Shown piece by piece: positions 38,665-47,674 of a stretch of DNA of 51,734 nt. The position numbers and the translations under genes are program-made. This DNA comes from a virus (Duplodnaviria; Caudoviricetes): positions 1 to 51,734 of IMG/VR virus record IMGVR_UViG_3300046778_000197. One strand, written 5' to 3'. The notes beneath the pieces are model-generated. The model saw only the letters and a list, made by a program, of their open reading frames with translations, did no database searches and had not been told where the DNA came from. The stretch's first letter is position 1; every line of letters starts with the position of its first letter.

Positions 38665-39097
38665 ATTTTTCTGGACTATTTAAATAATCTATATAGATAT
38701 CACAATGACACCTAACTTCATGGCTAGAGTTTTTACAAAAACATCCTAATACTTTATTTTTTAGACTCTGTATATTTTTCTTAAATTCTACGTCTTTATT
38801 TATTCTATCTTTAAAATAAATAATAAAACTATCTATTGAAGAATCTCTATTATGGACACAATCGCAAATTTTACAGAAACCTATTGGATGTGGATTTCCA
38901 TAATAACCAGATTGTCCTTTTCCGGGTCGTCCACAATAAATATCATATGTTTGGCCAGATTTAATATTTACTACTTTTAGTTTGCATTCTCCATTCCTAT
39001 GTTTATTGATATCTTCTATACTAAAATGATCTGTATAATATTTATTACAGTTTTTACATCTATAAACCTCTGCATTATTCTCGTCATGAACACTCAT
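38654..39097 (-). CDS. DUF4326-family protein
   Basis: YDIYCGR...YGNP...LKNKVLGCFC...CHCD. Confidence 0.75.
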   Translation of the reverse strand: MSVHDENNAEVYRCKNCNKYYTDHFSIEDINKHRNGECKLKVVNIKSGQTYDIYCGRPGKGQSGYYGNPHPIGFCKICDCVHNRDSSIDSFIIYFKDRINKDVEFKKNIQSLKNKVLGCFCKNSSHEVRCHCDIYIDYLNSPEKYEI

Positions 39098-39100
39098 ATT

Positions 39101-40588
39101 TTATAAATCAACGTCTTGATTTCCATGGCCATCTTGTAAATTTCTATTTAATAATTGTTTATTTACTATATCTTTATATGTTCCAACCTCGCGAATCAAA
39201 TAATTTTCGATGTTATAATTGATGAAGTTTTGCTTGCTGACCGTCTTGCCTTTAATATCCTTAACCCTTACGATATTATTCATATTATAGTTATCTTTGC
39301 CTTGACAACGACTTGTTTTAAAGGGTTTTAACATATGCGTCCCAAATTCTGTTCCAAATTCAGTAATTTCTTCGAATGTCTTCTTTCTGAAGACGGCATT
39401 GAAAGCGGCATACTGATTAATTCTATCTGACGCCCCCGCCGTCGTAGAGTCGTCTATCCTTTGACCGTTTTGTTCTGCCGACCTATTTTGTTGACCCGCG
39501 CTCAAGATAGGAATATTTAATTGATAGCCAATTTCATTTAAGTAACAAACCTTATCCCCTAGTTGTTGCCATTCCTGTCTATTTTTTTCAGAGTCGCCAG
39601 TTATCTTTATGTAATCATAGACCACCAAAGCCTTACCGTTGCGACCAACGTTTTTATGATACCATTTTCTTATAACAGATAAAACTTCCCAGATGTCCAT
39701 ATTAGGAACGTACTTATGATAAAATTTGCCAGATAATTCTTTGAATTTAGGGAATGAATCTTGAACTTTCTTGGCCAATTCTTGATTCTTTGTCCAATTA
39801 CCGGTTTCTAAATACCACGCATTAATTCCGGCCTCTGCCGCTGATGCTCTAATCATATTCAAATCTAGCGACATCTCAGTATCCAGATATAGAACCGGAA
39901 CGTTGTTAATTTTAGCTATCCCTTTTGCCATATTAAAAAGAAAACACGATTTTCCTTCCTGACTTCTTGAGATGACGTTCCAAATTCCATTTCTTGAAGT
40001 TATTCCACCAAAATATCTATTGAAATAATCATAAGGAGTTTTCAGTCCAGATTCTTCGACCGGATTCTTCGCAATCTCTAAAATGTATTCTTCAATTTTA
40101 GCAAATAAATCGGTCGGCTCTTCATCTCCAACATATTGTTTAATTTGACTATTATAAATTTTATCCACGCCGCCAATTAAATCGGAAAGAGATTTTGACC
40201 CGTTTTCAAGGACATATTTCTTAACATCTTCCGCGTTTTCGGTCAACTCTCTTCTTACTCTTAATTTAGTTAATTCTTTCGCGGCCTCAATTAATCCTTT
40301 TTCAGTTATCTGAGTAAAAGTAATATCGTCAATATATTGAAAAATAGGAATATCATGGATTTTATCTAAGCCTATTTCTTTAACTTTTTGGGCAACGATA
40401 ATTGGGTCGATTGTTCCTTGATTAGTTAGGATTTGTTTGATTATTGAGAAGATTTTACCGTGAAGCGGCTCTTTGAAATCATTTTCAGTAATAAATCCAT
40501 CTAGTTGATAATAAACATCTGATTTTTTGATTAGACCCCCAATAAAGGCCCTCTCAAGATTTAGAGACCACAATGAGTTTTGATTCAT
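39101..40588 (-). CDS. dnaB: Replicative DnaB-like helicase
   Basis: SRSQEGKS Walker A, VLYLDTEM, VVYDYIK, QQNR, ASDRI. Confidence 0.88.
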   Translation of the reverse strand: MNQNSLWSLNLERAFIGGLIKKSDVYYQLDGFITENDFKEPLHGKIFSIIKQILTNQGTIDPIIVAQKVKEIGLDKIHDIPIFQYIDDITFTQITEKGLIEAAKELTKLRVRRELTENAEDVKKYVLENGSKSLSDLIGGVDKIYNSQIKQYVGDEEPTDLFAKIEEYILEIAKNPVEESGLKTPYDYFNRYFGGITSRNGIWNVISRSQEGKSCFLFNMAKGIAKINNVPVLYLDTEMSLDLNMIRASAAEAGINAWYLETGNWTKNQELAKKVQDSFPKFKELSGKFYHKYVPNMDIWEVLSVIRKWYHKNVGRNGKALVVYDYIKITGDSEKNRQEWQQLGDKVCYLNEIGYQLNIPILSAGQQNRSAEQNGQRIDDSTTAGASDRINQYAAFNAVFRKKTFEEITEFGTEFGTHMLKPFKTSRCQGKDNYNMNNIVRVKDIKGKTVSKQNFINYNIENYLIREVGTYKDIVNKQLLNRNLQDGHGNQDVDL

Positions 40589-40629
40589 GCTTATTACTAT
40601 TACGTACTATACTTTGAAAGTCAATATTT

Positions 40630-40863
40630 TTATAAATATCTAATTTCTAATTCTCCAGAATATTTTAAATTATCCACTGAGAATCCTTTGATGTTGATTC
40701 CAAAACTTATATACTGTGCGGTCGGGAATCTATCTATGAAATTAGGTTCATAAATATCATTATTCTTAGACATGTATAAATTAAATATACCGTGTTGTGT
40801 ATTAAATTCTAAACATCTTTCATTGATTGTGTATCTATATATTTTGGTTTTAAAAGTTTTCAA
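40630..40863 (-). CDS. Hypothetical protein (77 aa)
   Basis: ATGA overlap with the upstream gene. Confidence 0.55.
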   Translation of the reverse strand: MKTFKTKIYRYTINERCLEFNTQHGIFNLYMSKNNDIYEPNFIDRFPTAQYISFGINIKGFSVDNLKYSGELEIRYL

Positions 40864-41279
40864 ATTAAATTGACTCCAAATTTATTATATATATAGTCTA
40901 AAGATAAAAATGGCAAGTCGCATTCTTGAATTTCGATAACTTTAAACCCATTCTGCTCGGCCCACTCAAGTTTATAAATATCTGATTTTATAGATTTTAA
41001 ATATCCGGCGCGGGTTTTGTGAAAAAAGGGATTATAGTTCCCATGATGGGATATGGGGCTATATTCAACTATTGTGCGTGAATTAACATCAACCAAATCG
41101 AAACGCCAGAGTGTTCCTGGGACACGCATTTCTCGAAGTATTAGACGTGTTTTCCAGTAAGGAAACAAAAAGTCTTGCAAAATCTGTTGACCTTTGGACG
41201 GGGCAGAATTCCAGTCAATCTTATACTTTTTTATATCGATTGATATAATTTTATCAGATTTGTATTTTTTGACTTTCAC
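40860..41279 (-). CDS. Vsr/DUF559-like endonuclease-fold protein
   Basis: EMRVPGT.WRFDL...VEY..ISHH...DIYKLEWAEQNGFKVIEI. Confidence 0.65.
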   Translation of the reverse strand: MKVKKYKSDKIISIDIKKYKIDWNSAPSKGQQILQDFLFPYWKTRLILREMRVPGTLWRFDLVDVNSRTIVEYSPISHHGNYNPFFHKTRAGYLKSIKSDIYKLEWAEQNGFKVIEIQECDLPFLSLDYIYNKFGVNLI

Positions 41280-41342
41280 GTATGTATTTTAAGGGATTTT
41301 ATAGTAAAAGTAAAGATTAATTTTAATAATGGAGGGAAATAG

Positions 41343-41461
41343 GTGTAATATATAGTGAATGTTAGATTGTTGCGCGAAATTCACTTTATTGTCCTTTATG
41401 AACGTTTTAGAAACGTCTTCGGAGCAAAACTCTAGCATTCAGCATAAAGGATAATTAATAT
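41343..41461 (+). ncRNA. Structured leader element copy B
   Basis: GTGTAATATA; 41357-41378 pairs with 41418-41440; 41388-41400 pairs with 41443-41455 (contains the AAGGA RBS); internal CGTTT-TAG-AAACG hairpin. Confidence 0.65.
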
Positions 41462-42553
41462 ATGAAGTCTAAAAAGCCCAATAAATTATCAATAGAACAA
41501 GAATTAGAAGTAATTAAAATATATCAGGAGCAAACAATATCGGCTGAAAATGTTGGTAAAATGTATGGAGTTTCAGAGCGTCCAATTCTAGCAATTCTAA
41601 AAAGACATAATATTCATAGGAAAAATACCTATGAACATATGGGTCATAAGTTCAGCAAAGAGGATATTAATATAATTATTGATGATTATAAAAATGGAAT
41701 TACACAAAAAGTTATTGGGGATAGATATGGAGTTTGCAGAAAAGTTATAAGAAAATTATTGACCAAAAATGGAATTAAAGTTAGAAATACCCAAGATAAT
41801 AGAATAATTAAAAAGGAGTATATTCCTGAAATTGTTAGACTTTATGTGGAAGAAGGTTGGTCTTCTGGAAAAATTGCAAAAATGTATAAGGTAACACACG
41901 GCTCTATACTTCCTATTTTATGGGAAAATAATGTTAAAATGCGATTATCTGGCGAGGGAGGAAAACTATTTAATAGAGAAGAGGAATTAAAAATTTGTAA
42001 AATATATACATCTAAAAATATTTCTTTGTTAGAATTAGGTGAATTATTTGGATGCACTCAAGGTCCTATTAAGAGGGTTTTGGTAAGTTACGGGATAGTA
42101 ATACGATATTTATCCTCGTCTATCTATAGATACAATGGCGGCTGGGGAATATCTGGATTTTATAATGGATATCATTTCAGAAGTATTAATGAATTATCTT
42201 TTATTATAAATTATTTAGAAAAAAAAAATATAAAATTTAAAAGCGGCGAATCGAATCTTGGTATAAAGTATTATCACTCTGGAATGCACAAGATTAGAAG
42301 ATATTATCCAGATTTTATTACCGACAAATACATGTTCGAGAATAAGCCAAAGTGTTTTTGGCATACAATTGAAAACGTAGAGAAGTCTAATTCGGCTAAA
42401 GAATATTGTAAATTACATAATTTGATATATCAATTCGTAGATTACCCAGTAATATTGAGTCCGATATTAGAAAGATATTTTTCTGGGCAAATTTCTTTTA
42501 GCAAAAAAAGTTTAGAGAAATTTAGAAGAATTTATAAAAAATATTTAGTCTGA
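41462..42553 (+). CDS. HTH-repeat protein with C-terminal TnsA-like PD-(D/E)XK endonuclease domain
   Basis: Four ~53-aa HTH repeats, then GISGFYNGYHFRSINE...RRYYPDF...ENKP. Antisense to the surrounding operon. Confidence 0.75.
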   Translation: MKSKKPNKLSIEQELEVIKIYQEQTISAENVGKMYGVSERPILAILKRHNIHRKNTYEHMGHKFSKEDINIIIDDYKNGITQKVIGDRYGVCRKVIRKLLTKNGIKVRNTQDNRIIKKEYIPEIVRLYVEEGWSSGKIAKMYKVTHGSILPILWENNVKMRLSGEGGKLFNREEELKICKIYTSKNISLLELGELFGCTQGPIKRVLVSYGIVIRYLSSSIYRYNGGWGISGFYNGYHFRSINELSFIINYLEKKNIKFKSGESNLGIKYYHSGMHKIRRYYPDFITDKYMFENKPKCFWHTIENVEKSNSAKEYCKLHNLIYQFVDYPVILSPILERYFSGQISFSKKSLEKFRRIYKKYLV

Positions 42554-43702
42554 CAATACTGACCTAAATTTGTCAAATAAGAATTTTGTTACTTCGGGTT
42601 TTGATTCTAGATATTCTATCACTCTATCGGAGCTTCTAAATTTTTCTGGAATTTCCGCGTCTATTTTTCTTAAGTCATTTAATAGTGTCGTATCTAAATT
42701 TAAAGACCCTTGAGACGACTCTCTTTTAAGAAACGACCAACCTAATAATTGATCTAATATATCTCTTTCAATAAATATAGAATTTCCTCCCTCGCGCCCA
42801 TATTTGACACTATATTCAAATTTGACATCATATTTTTCATTATCAGATTTTCTTATCATTCCTTTTATGACGTGGCCAATTTTATTATTTTTTTTCGGGT
42901 CATATTTAAGATTTGGATCTTCTAACAGATAGTCTCCTTCATATCTTGTCGCAAAGTCAAGAACTAAAGATGCTTGATATTGAATATTTGTACCGCCACT
43001 CGATCCGCCTTGTCTTAATGGATCCTTACTATATGGATCTATTTTAGGAGCGGCAGACTGTTGAGATATTGCTAAAAATATATGCTGTCCAGCATTAAAT
43101 GGAAGAGCTAATTTCGACCATAGCATCTTAGTTAAATATTGCGCTCCTGCAATTTTTCTAGTTTCTCCAAATTCCTTTGACATGTCAGACTCTAAACAAA
43201 GATAGTCCATGCAGTCAATCATGATAATAAAGTTCTCTCTATCTTCTGGCTTGTGCATTTCATTAGTCTTTACCAGTGTCCAAATAAAATTGGCGATTTT
43301 CTCATAAAGATTCATCGGTAAAATTAGACAACTTTTATTGGTCCAGTTCTCTGGATTTTCAACGAAATTAATACCAGAGCGAGATTTTAATTTTTCTGTA
43401 AGGCGCGCTTCAGTTGGTATTATCAATGCTCTACATTTTGGACGAGATTCTAAGAAATTCTTGATAATTAAAAGACCCTCTGAACTTTTTCCAGAAGTCG
43501 GTGGACCGAGCAGTCTCGCCAAAATCCCCGAAGAAATGCCTCCTTCTAAAATCTGGTCGAGGGAAAATACACCAGTTGAAACCTTAAATGGTTCCGACAC
43601 TTCTGTATAAATATTGTTTTTATTGCTCCTATAAAACGATTCAGCCGCCATCTTTACAGAATCTACGACTTCATCTTCTTTTGTTTTCTTGTCTTTTGCC
43701 AT
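42545..43702 (-). CDS. recA: RecA/UvsX-like recombinase
   Basis: STGVFSLDQILEGG, GPPTSGKSS, IMIDC, AISQ, SSGGTNIQY. Confidence 0.85.
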   Translation of the reverse strand: MAKDKKTKEDEVVDSVKMAAESFYRSNKNNIYTEVSEPFKVSTGVFSLDQILEGGISSGILARLLGPPTSGKSSEGLLIIKNFLESRPKCRALIIPTEARLTEKLKSRSGINFVENPENWTNKSCLILPMNLYEKIANFIWTLVKTNEMHKPEDRENFIIMIDCMDYLCLESDMSKEFGETRKIAGAQYLTKMLWSKLALPFNAGQHIFLAISQQSAAPKIDPYSKDPLRQGGSSGGTNIQYQASLVLDFATRYEGDYLLEDPNLKYDPKKNNKIGHVIKGMIRKSDNEKYDVKFEYSVKYGREGGNSIFIERDILDQLLGWSFLKRESSQGSLNLDTTLLNDLRKIDAEIPEKFRSSDRVIEYLESKPEVTKFLFDKFRSVLSD

Positions 43703-43725
43703 AAATTTTTCTTTGTTATATAATA

Positions 43726-44004
43726 CTAAATTTTTTCTTGTTTTTCGTTATATTCTTTAGTGATTCTATCAAATTCTTCTTTAGATAATTGGCCGGAACA
43801 TATATAAATATCTGGATTATAGTTTTTATAATAATTTCCACTTATAATATTTTGGCTTCTAATCGGAATATCTTTTTGTTCTATAATTTTTATTTTCTTA
43901 TTGTAATTACTCAAATCAGTTTTGCCGTATTTATCTTTAGATAGATTATCTATTTCTCGTTGAGGAGAAAAGAAGGAGTGTATTTTATTTATTAAGTTAT
44001 TCAT
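43726..44004 (-). CDS. Hypothetical protein (92 aa)
   Basis: ORF in the operon. Confidence 0.5.
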   Translation of the reverse strand: MNNLINKIHSFFSPQREIDNLSKDKYGKTDLSNYNKKIKIIEQKDIPIRSQNIISGNYYKNYNPDIYICSGQLSKEEFDRITKEYNEKQEKI

Positions 44005-44090
44005 ATTTTTTGGCGGATAGAGGTATTTTCACAAAACCAATTAAGTATTTAACCCAATCACTAGGATTCCTAGCTTCTATCCATAAAATT

Positions 44091-44459
44091 TCAATTATCC
44101 ACAAATTCTAATATATTCTTTGGTTTTTTCTTTATATTTTTAATCTCTATAATTGGGGCAGAATCTAAAATAAATGTTTCTTTTTTATTCATAGATTTGG
44201 CCGCGAGGTAGAGTTGGTATTCGTCTTGCAATCTTTTATTATGTATTTCATTTAAAAAAACACATAAAGAATCAAATTTCACCACGCCCAATGAAAATTC
44301 GCGCCAGAATTCAATTTCTGGAAACTGTGATAATAATTTACTGGAAATCTTTACCTCCGCGCCCCAATTAATTTTAACATCAGAATTAATAAACATTTTG
44401 ATTAACTCTTTGGCATTCTCAAATTTAATATTAATTTTTCTTGTCTTTACCTCTTTCAT
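44091..44459 (-). CDS. Hypothetical protein (122 aa)
   Basis: ORF at the head of the minus-strand operon. Confidence 0.6.
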   Translation of the reverse strand: MKEVKTRKINIKFENAKELIKMFINSDVKINWGAEVKISSKLLSQFPEIEFWREFSLGVVKFDSLCVFLNEIHNKRLQDEYQLYLAAKSMNKKETFILDSAPIIEIKNIKKKPKNILEFVDN

Positions 44460-44477
44460 AGGTTAATATAGAAGTAT

Positions 44478-44714
44478 ATGTCTAAACCTATCAAAAGTCA
44501 AATTAAAAATAATTACGAATTTCTCTTTGAAATTGGCCAAAAAGTTAAAATTAAGGATTTAAATATTTCTGGGGTAATTTGCGGAATCTATATTAGCAGA
44601 AACGAAATTGAGTATTCGGTAAGATATTTTTATGACGGAAATCCTAAGTCGGTATATTTTGGACAGTCAGAGATAGAATTGGTAGATGATAAGGATGTTT
44701 TGGGCTTTAAATAA
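44478..44714 (+). CDS. Small SH3/KOW-like hypothetical protein (78 aa)
   Basis: FEIGQKVKIK...GVI...EYSVRY pattern; followed by a terminator. Confidence 0.6.
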   Translation: MSKPIKSQIKNNYEFLFEIGQKVKIKDLNISGVICGIYISRNEIEYSVRYFYDGNPKSVYFGQSEIELVDDKDVLGFK

Positions 44715-44737
44715 AGTACATTAATATAATAAATTTG

Positions 44738-44771
44738 ATAGGCTAATCTGTAATAGGGTTAGTCTATTTTT
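44738..44771 (+). terminator. Intrinsic terminator
   Basis: ATAGGCTAATCT-GTAAT-AGGGTTAGTCTAT stem followed by a T-run. Confidence 0.7.
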
Positions 44772-44894
44772 CTGTACCGTGCTTGCAAGAGACGTTTATT
44801 GGAAAGTTTACTAATCTAAATAATTATCATTTATATGTGGATCAAGTTAATGAATAATATTTAATTCTGGCCCGAAATCTTCCTAATTCTACGA

Positions 44895-45070
44895 GATTAA
44901 TCCTACGTTTCACTTCGGATTGTCGCTTCGCTCCTAATAATTCGAAGATTCTTTTAAATCACGACCGAAGAATTTTCGATGATTGAGTGATTATACGAAG
45001 TATTGTCGTACGGAACCGTACGATTCTACGAAGAAATCCTTCACTTCGTTCGGATGAGCTACGCTCAAAA
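44895..45070. other. Cluster of GNA-loop mini-hairpins; candidate replication origin/priming region
   Basis: GCGAAGC (minus, 44925-44931), ATACGAAGTAT (44993-45003), TCGTACGG-AA-CCGTACGA (45006-45023), ACGAAGT (minus, 45043-45049), GAGCGTAGCTC (minus, 45056-45066). Confidence 0.45.
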
Positions 45071-45074
45071 ACGA

Positions 45075-45532
45075 TGTGTTATATGTAATATCCTTAGAAA
45101 TCTATGTACGCATTTCACCCCTATAAAATTAGTATTTTGACATACCAACTTATAGGAGATGAATATACTATGTTTTAATCCTTGAGTCCCTAAATTAATC
45201 CTAAAAGGAAGGAAGAAGGGTATTCCTGCATTATAACTGGTAAGCTATATAGTCATTTAATAGGACTGTTCCTAAACCTATCCAGACCGCTTCTGGACGA
45301 CTAATCACCTTGTATTGCTACAAAACTCCGGGTGGGAATAATATATTTCTATATTATAATTTTATTGCTGTGGTGTTTATAGAGTAGCGACATATTCCTT
45401 CTCGGAATACATTTCCGGCTAAAACTGTTATCAGAATATATTGGAATATATACCCTTTCAAACCACTGTATGATAGCCCGCCCCGCTCTTTTTAAATTTA
45501 ATGTTTCTGTTTACGTCTTGTTCATTTTATTT
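45075..45532 (-). ncRNA. Candidate large structured non-coding RNA
   Basis: No ORF in the track; downstream of a consensus promoter; several stems whose G-U wobbles work on the minus strand; GCAA tetraloop hairpin; one long-range helix. Ends approximate. Confidence 0.5.
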
Positions 45533-45538
45533 AAAATG

Positions 45539-45566
45539 ATTATACTGTACAAATTTTCTTTGTCAA
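45539..45566 (-). promoter_or_regulatory. Sigma70 promoter TTGACA-16-TATAAT
   Basis: Both hexamers are perfect consensus on the minus strand and point into non-coding DNA. Confidence 0.75.
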
Positions 45567-45580
45567 TAAGATTTTAGAGA

Positions 45581-45701
45581 AAACCTCTCTTATGCTGCAA
45601 AACAGCTTACAAAGGCGGGATATCATTCTTCATGACCCATAAGAAAGGTTTAAAATACTTCTTATATTACTATTGTATCTATTTTGCATATTAATTTACT
45701 C
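45581..45701 (-). ncRNA. Structured element copy C (orphan)
   Basis: 45670-45688 pairs with 45596-45614; 45638-45651 pairs with 45581-45594; internal hairpin at 45622-45636. Confidence 0.6.
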
Positions 45702-45758
45702 TATATATTTTATACTGTGATGAAAAATCTTAACTTTCAATTGCTATTTTTATCATAA

Positions 45759-45880
45759 AAACCTTTTTCATGGTACGAAAACAGCTTTTGAGGCAAGAAT
45801 GTCCTTCCAAGGGACTCATGAAAGAGGTTTAAAATCTCTTTATTATACCTAATCGGCTATTTTCGTATAATAATTTACAT
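45759..45880 (-). ncRNA. Structured element copy D (orphan; tandem with C, 178 bp offset)
   Basis: 45843-45867 pairs with 45774-45799; 45817-45830 pairs with 45759-45772; internal hairpin GTCCCTTGGAAGGAC shares CCCTTGGAAGG with copy A. Confidence 0.6.
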
Positions 45881-45909
45881 TTTAATTTTCTTACTGTGAT
45901 AAAAAATAG

Positions 45910-45938
45910 TTGACAAAATAAATTTGTAGATATAGTAT
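45910..45938 (+). promoter_or_regulatory. Sigma70-type promoter TTGACA-17-TAGTAT
   Basis: Read directly upstream of the ATG at 45958. Confidence 0.65.
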
Positions 45939-45957
45939 AGTTATACAATAAAATATT

Positions 45958-46296
45958 ATGAACGAAACCGAAACAAAAACTAGTTATCCCAACAATATCG
46001 AACTTTCTGAGAAAAAAGCTGGTGGATTATGGCTTAAAGAATCTAAGAAAGGCGAAAAGTATCTTAGTCTTCAAGTTGAAATCGGGGGGCAAAAATATAA
46101 TCTAACAGGATTCACTAATAAATTCTTTGCAGAGGATCCGGCCAGACAGCCTAAGTACAAGCTATTTTGGTCCGACGATACATATACAAGCTTAATTAAG
46201 TCAAAATCAGATGCTTCCGAAACTGTCGCGGTTGCAAAACCTAATACCCCCAAGCCTGTCACTCCCAAGGAAGCAGAATCCGACGATATTTTCTAA
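45958..46296 (+). CDS. Putative ssDNA-binding/DUF736-like protein
   Basis: GGLWLKESKKGEKYLS...F.NK....QPKY; acidic tail ESDDIF. Confidence 0.55.
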   Translation: MNETETKTSYPNNIELSEKKAGGLWLKESKKGEKYLSLQVEIGGQKYNLTGFTNKFFAEDPARQPKYKLFWSDDTYTSLIKSKSDASETVAVAKPNTPKPVTPKEAESDDIF

Positions 46297-46321
46297 ATGT
46301 TAGTTAGTTGTTTGTTGCCAT

Positions 46322-46354
46322 CCCGGAGATAATTAAGTTTATTTCCGGGTTTTT
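46322..46354 (+). terminator. Intrinsic terminator
   Basis: CCCGGAGATAA...TTATTTCCGGG followed by TTTTT. Confidence 0.75.
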
Positions 46355-46380
46355 AGTTTGTAATATAGACATAATAAAAT

Positions 46381-47502
46381 ATGAGTGAAAAATTTGCGTT
46401 ACATTTACCTTTAAATTCGACAAGCTTCGGAAACATTGGCATATCTATTTGCCGACAAGCTTATTTAGATGGGCATAATCCATGTATTCTTCCCATAGGA
46501 GGAGTTGATTTATCTGGACAAATAGTAGACATTAAATTTAATGAATGGTTACAAAAAAACATTAATAAGTTTATTAAGGAACATAATCGCAAAACCCCTG
46601 CCATTCGGTTATGGCATTGTAATCAGGACGCCTTACAAAGTATCAGTGATGAAGAACATTTCATAACTTTTATTGAGACAGATTCTATTACAGAATATGA
46701 AAAAAACATATTATCTCAGAAAAAGACAGTATTCGTAACATCTAATTATTTTAAAAGGACGTGTGAAGATTATGGATTAAACAATGTTAAGTATCTCCAA
46801 TTAGGATTCGATTCTTTTAATTTTAAAGTAAAAGATAAAAAATATTGGAATGATGATAGAATAGTTTTTAATTTACTCGGAAAATGGGAACGTAGAAAGG
46901 GACACCAAAAAGTTATACAATCTTGGCTAAAAAGGTTTGGAGCTTCTAGAACTGGAGAGAAAACTAAATACTTTTTGCAGGCCGCCCTTTATAATCCGTT
47001 TTTAGTACAAAATATTAATGGTCAGACTATTGATCATAATGCCAGATTCTTTAAAGAGAGCTTAGGCGGGAAAGAATATGGAAATATTCATTTTTTAAAT
47101 TGGATAAATGGAAATGATTCTTATAGTGACTTTTTGCAATCTTCTCATGCGGTTATTGGAATGGGTGGTGGGGAAAACTTTGGGGCCGGAGAATTTCATT
47201 CGGTTGGACTAGGTAAACATTCGGTAATTTTAAACGCTAATGGATTTAAGGATTGGGCGGACACTAATAATAGCTGTTTAGTCCAACCATCCGGGAAAGA
47301 AGACTCTGCTGATGGAATTTTCTTTAATAAGGGCAATATATTTCAACAGGGTAACTTTTTTACATGGAATGAAGACGACTTTATTAATAAATGCGAGGAA
47401 TGTATAAAAAGAATAGAAAGTAATCCTATTAATAATAATGGACTAGAATTACAAGAAAGAACCTATAAATCTGCATTAAGTGAGATTCTTAAAGAAATTT
47501 GA
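46381..47502 (+). CDS. GT-B (GT4-like) glycosyltransferase
   Basis: NSTSFGNI, FNLLGKWERRKGH, GGGENFGAGEF (E-x7-E). Confidence 0.8.
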   Translation: MSEKFALHLPLNSTSFGNIGISICRQAYLDGHNPCILPIGGVDLSGQIVDIKFNEWLQKNINKFIKEHNRKTPAIRLWHCNQDALQSISDEEHFITFIETDSITEYEKNILSQKKTVFVTSNYFKRTCEDYGLNNVKYLQLGFDSFNFKVKDKKYWNDDRIVFNLLGKWERRKGHQKVIQSWLKRFGASRTGEKTKYFLQAALYNPFLVQNINGQTIDHNARFFKESLGGKEYGNIHFLNWINGNDSYSDFLQSSHAVIGMGGGENFGAGEFHSVGLGKHSVILNANGFKDWADTNNSCLVQPSGKEDSADGIFFNKGNIFQQGNFFTWNEDDFINKCEECIKRIESNPINNNGLELQERTYKSALSEILKEI

Positions 47503-47674
47503 ATATTCAGATGATTATGCATTCAGCCTTGGCAAAGAAATACGTAGAAATATCTGTGAAGATTACAGTGATGGCATTGGTGTCAGAGGATTAATTGAAA
47601 AATATGAAGTCTCCAATTCTATGATTAGAAGAATCCTTATTCATAATAATATATATAAATATGCAAAAAAATAG
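47480..47674 (+). pseudogene. Truncated HTH fragment, probable homing endonuclease remnant
   Basis: ICEDYSDGIGVRGLIEKYEVSNSMIRRIL resembles the HTH repeats of the nucleases at 24550 and 41462; no nuclease domain follows. Confidence 0.5.

Noticed and set aside
41462-42553. Tn7-like transposon
   Set aside because: Only a TnsA-like nuclease domain; no TnsB/C or transposon ends. It fits a free-standing homing nuclease.
44715-45957. tRNA, tmRNA or rRNA genes
   Set aside because: No cloverleaf with a T-loop GTTCRA, no tmRNA ends and no rRNA-like sequence found by eye.
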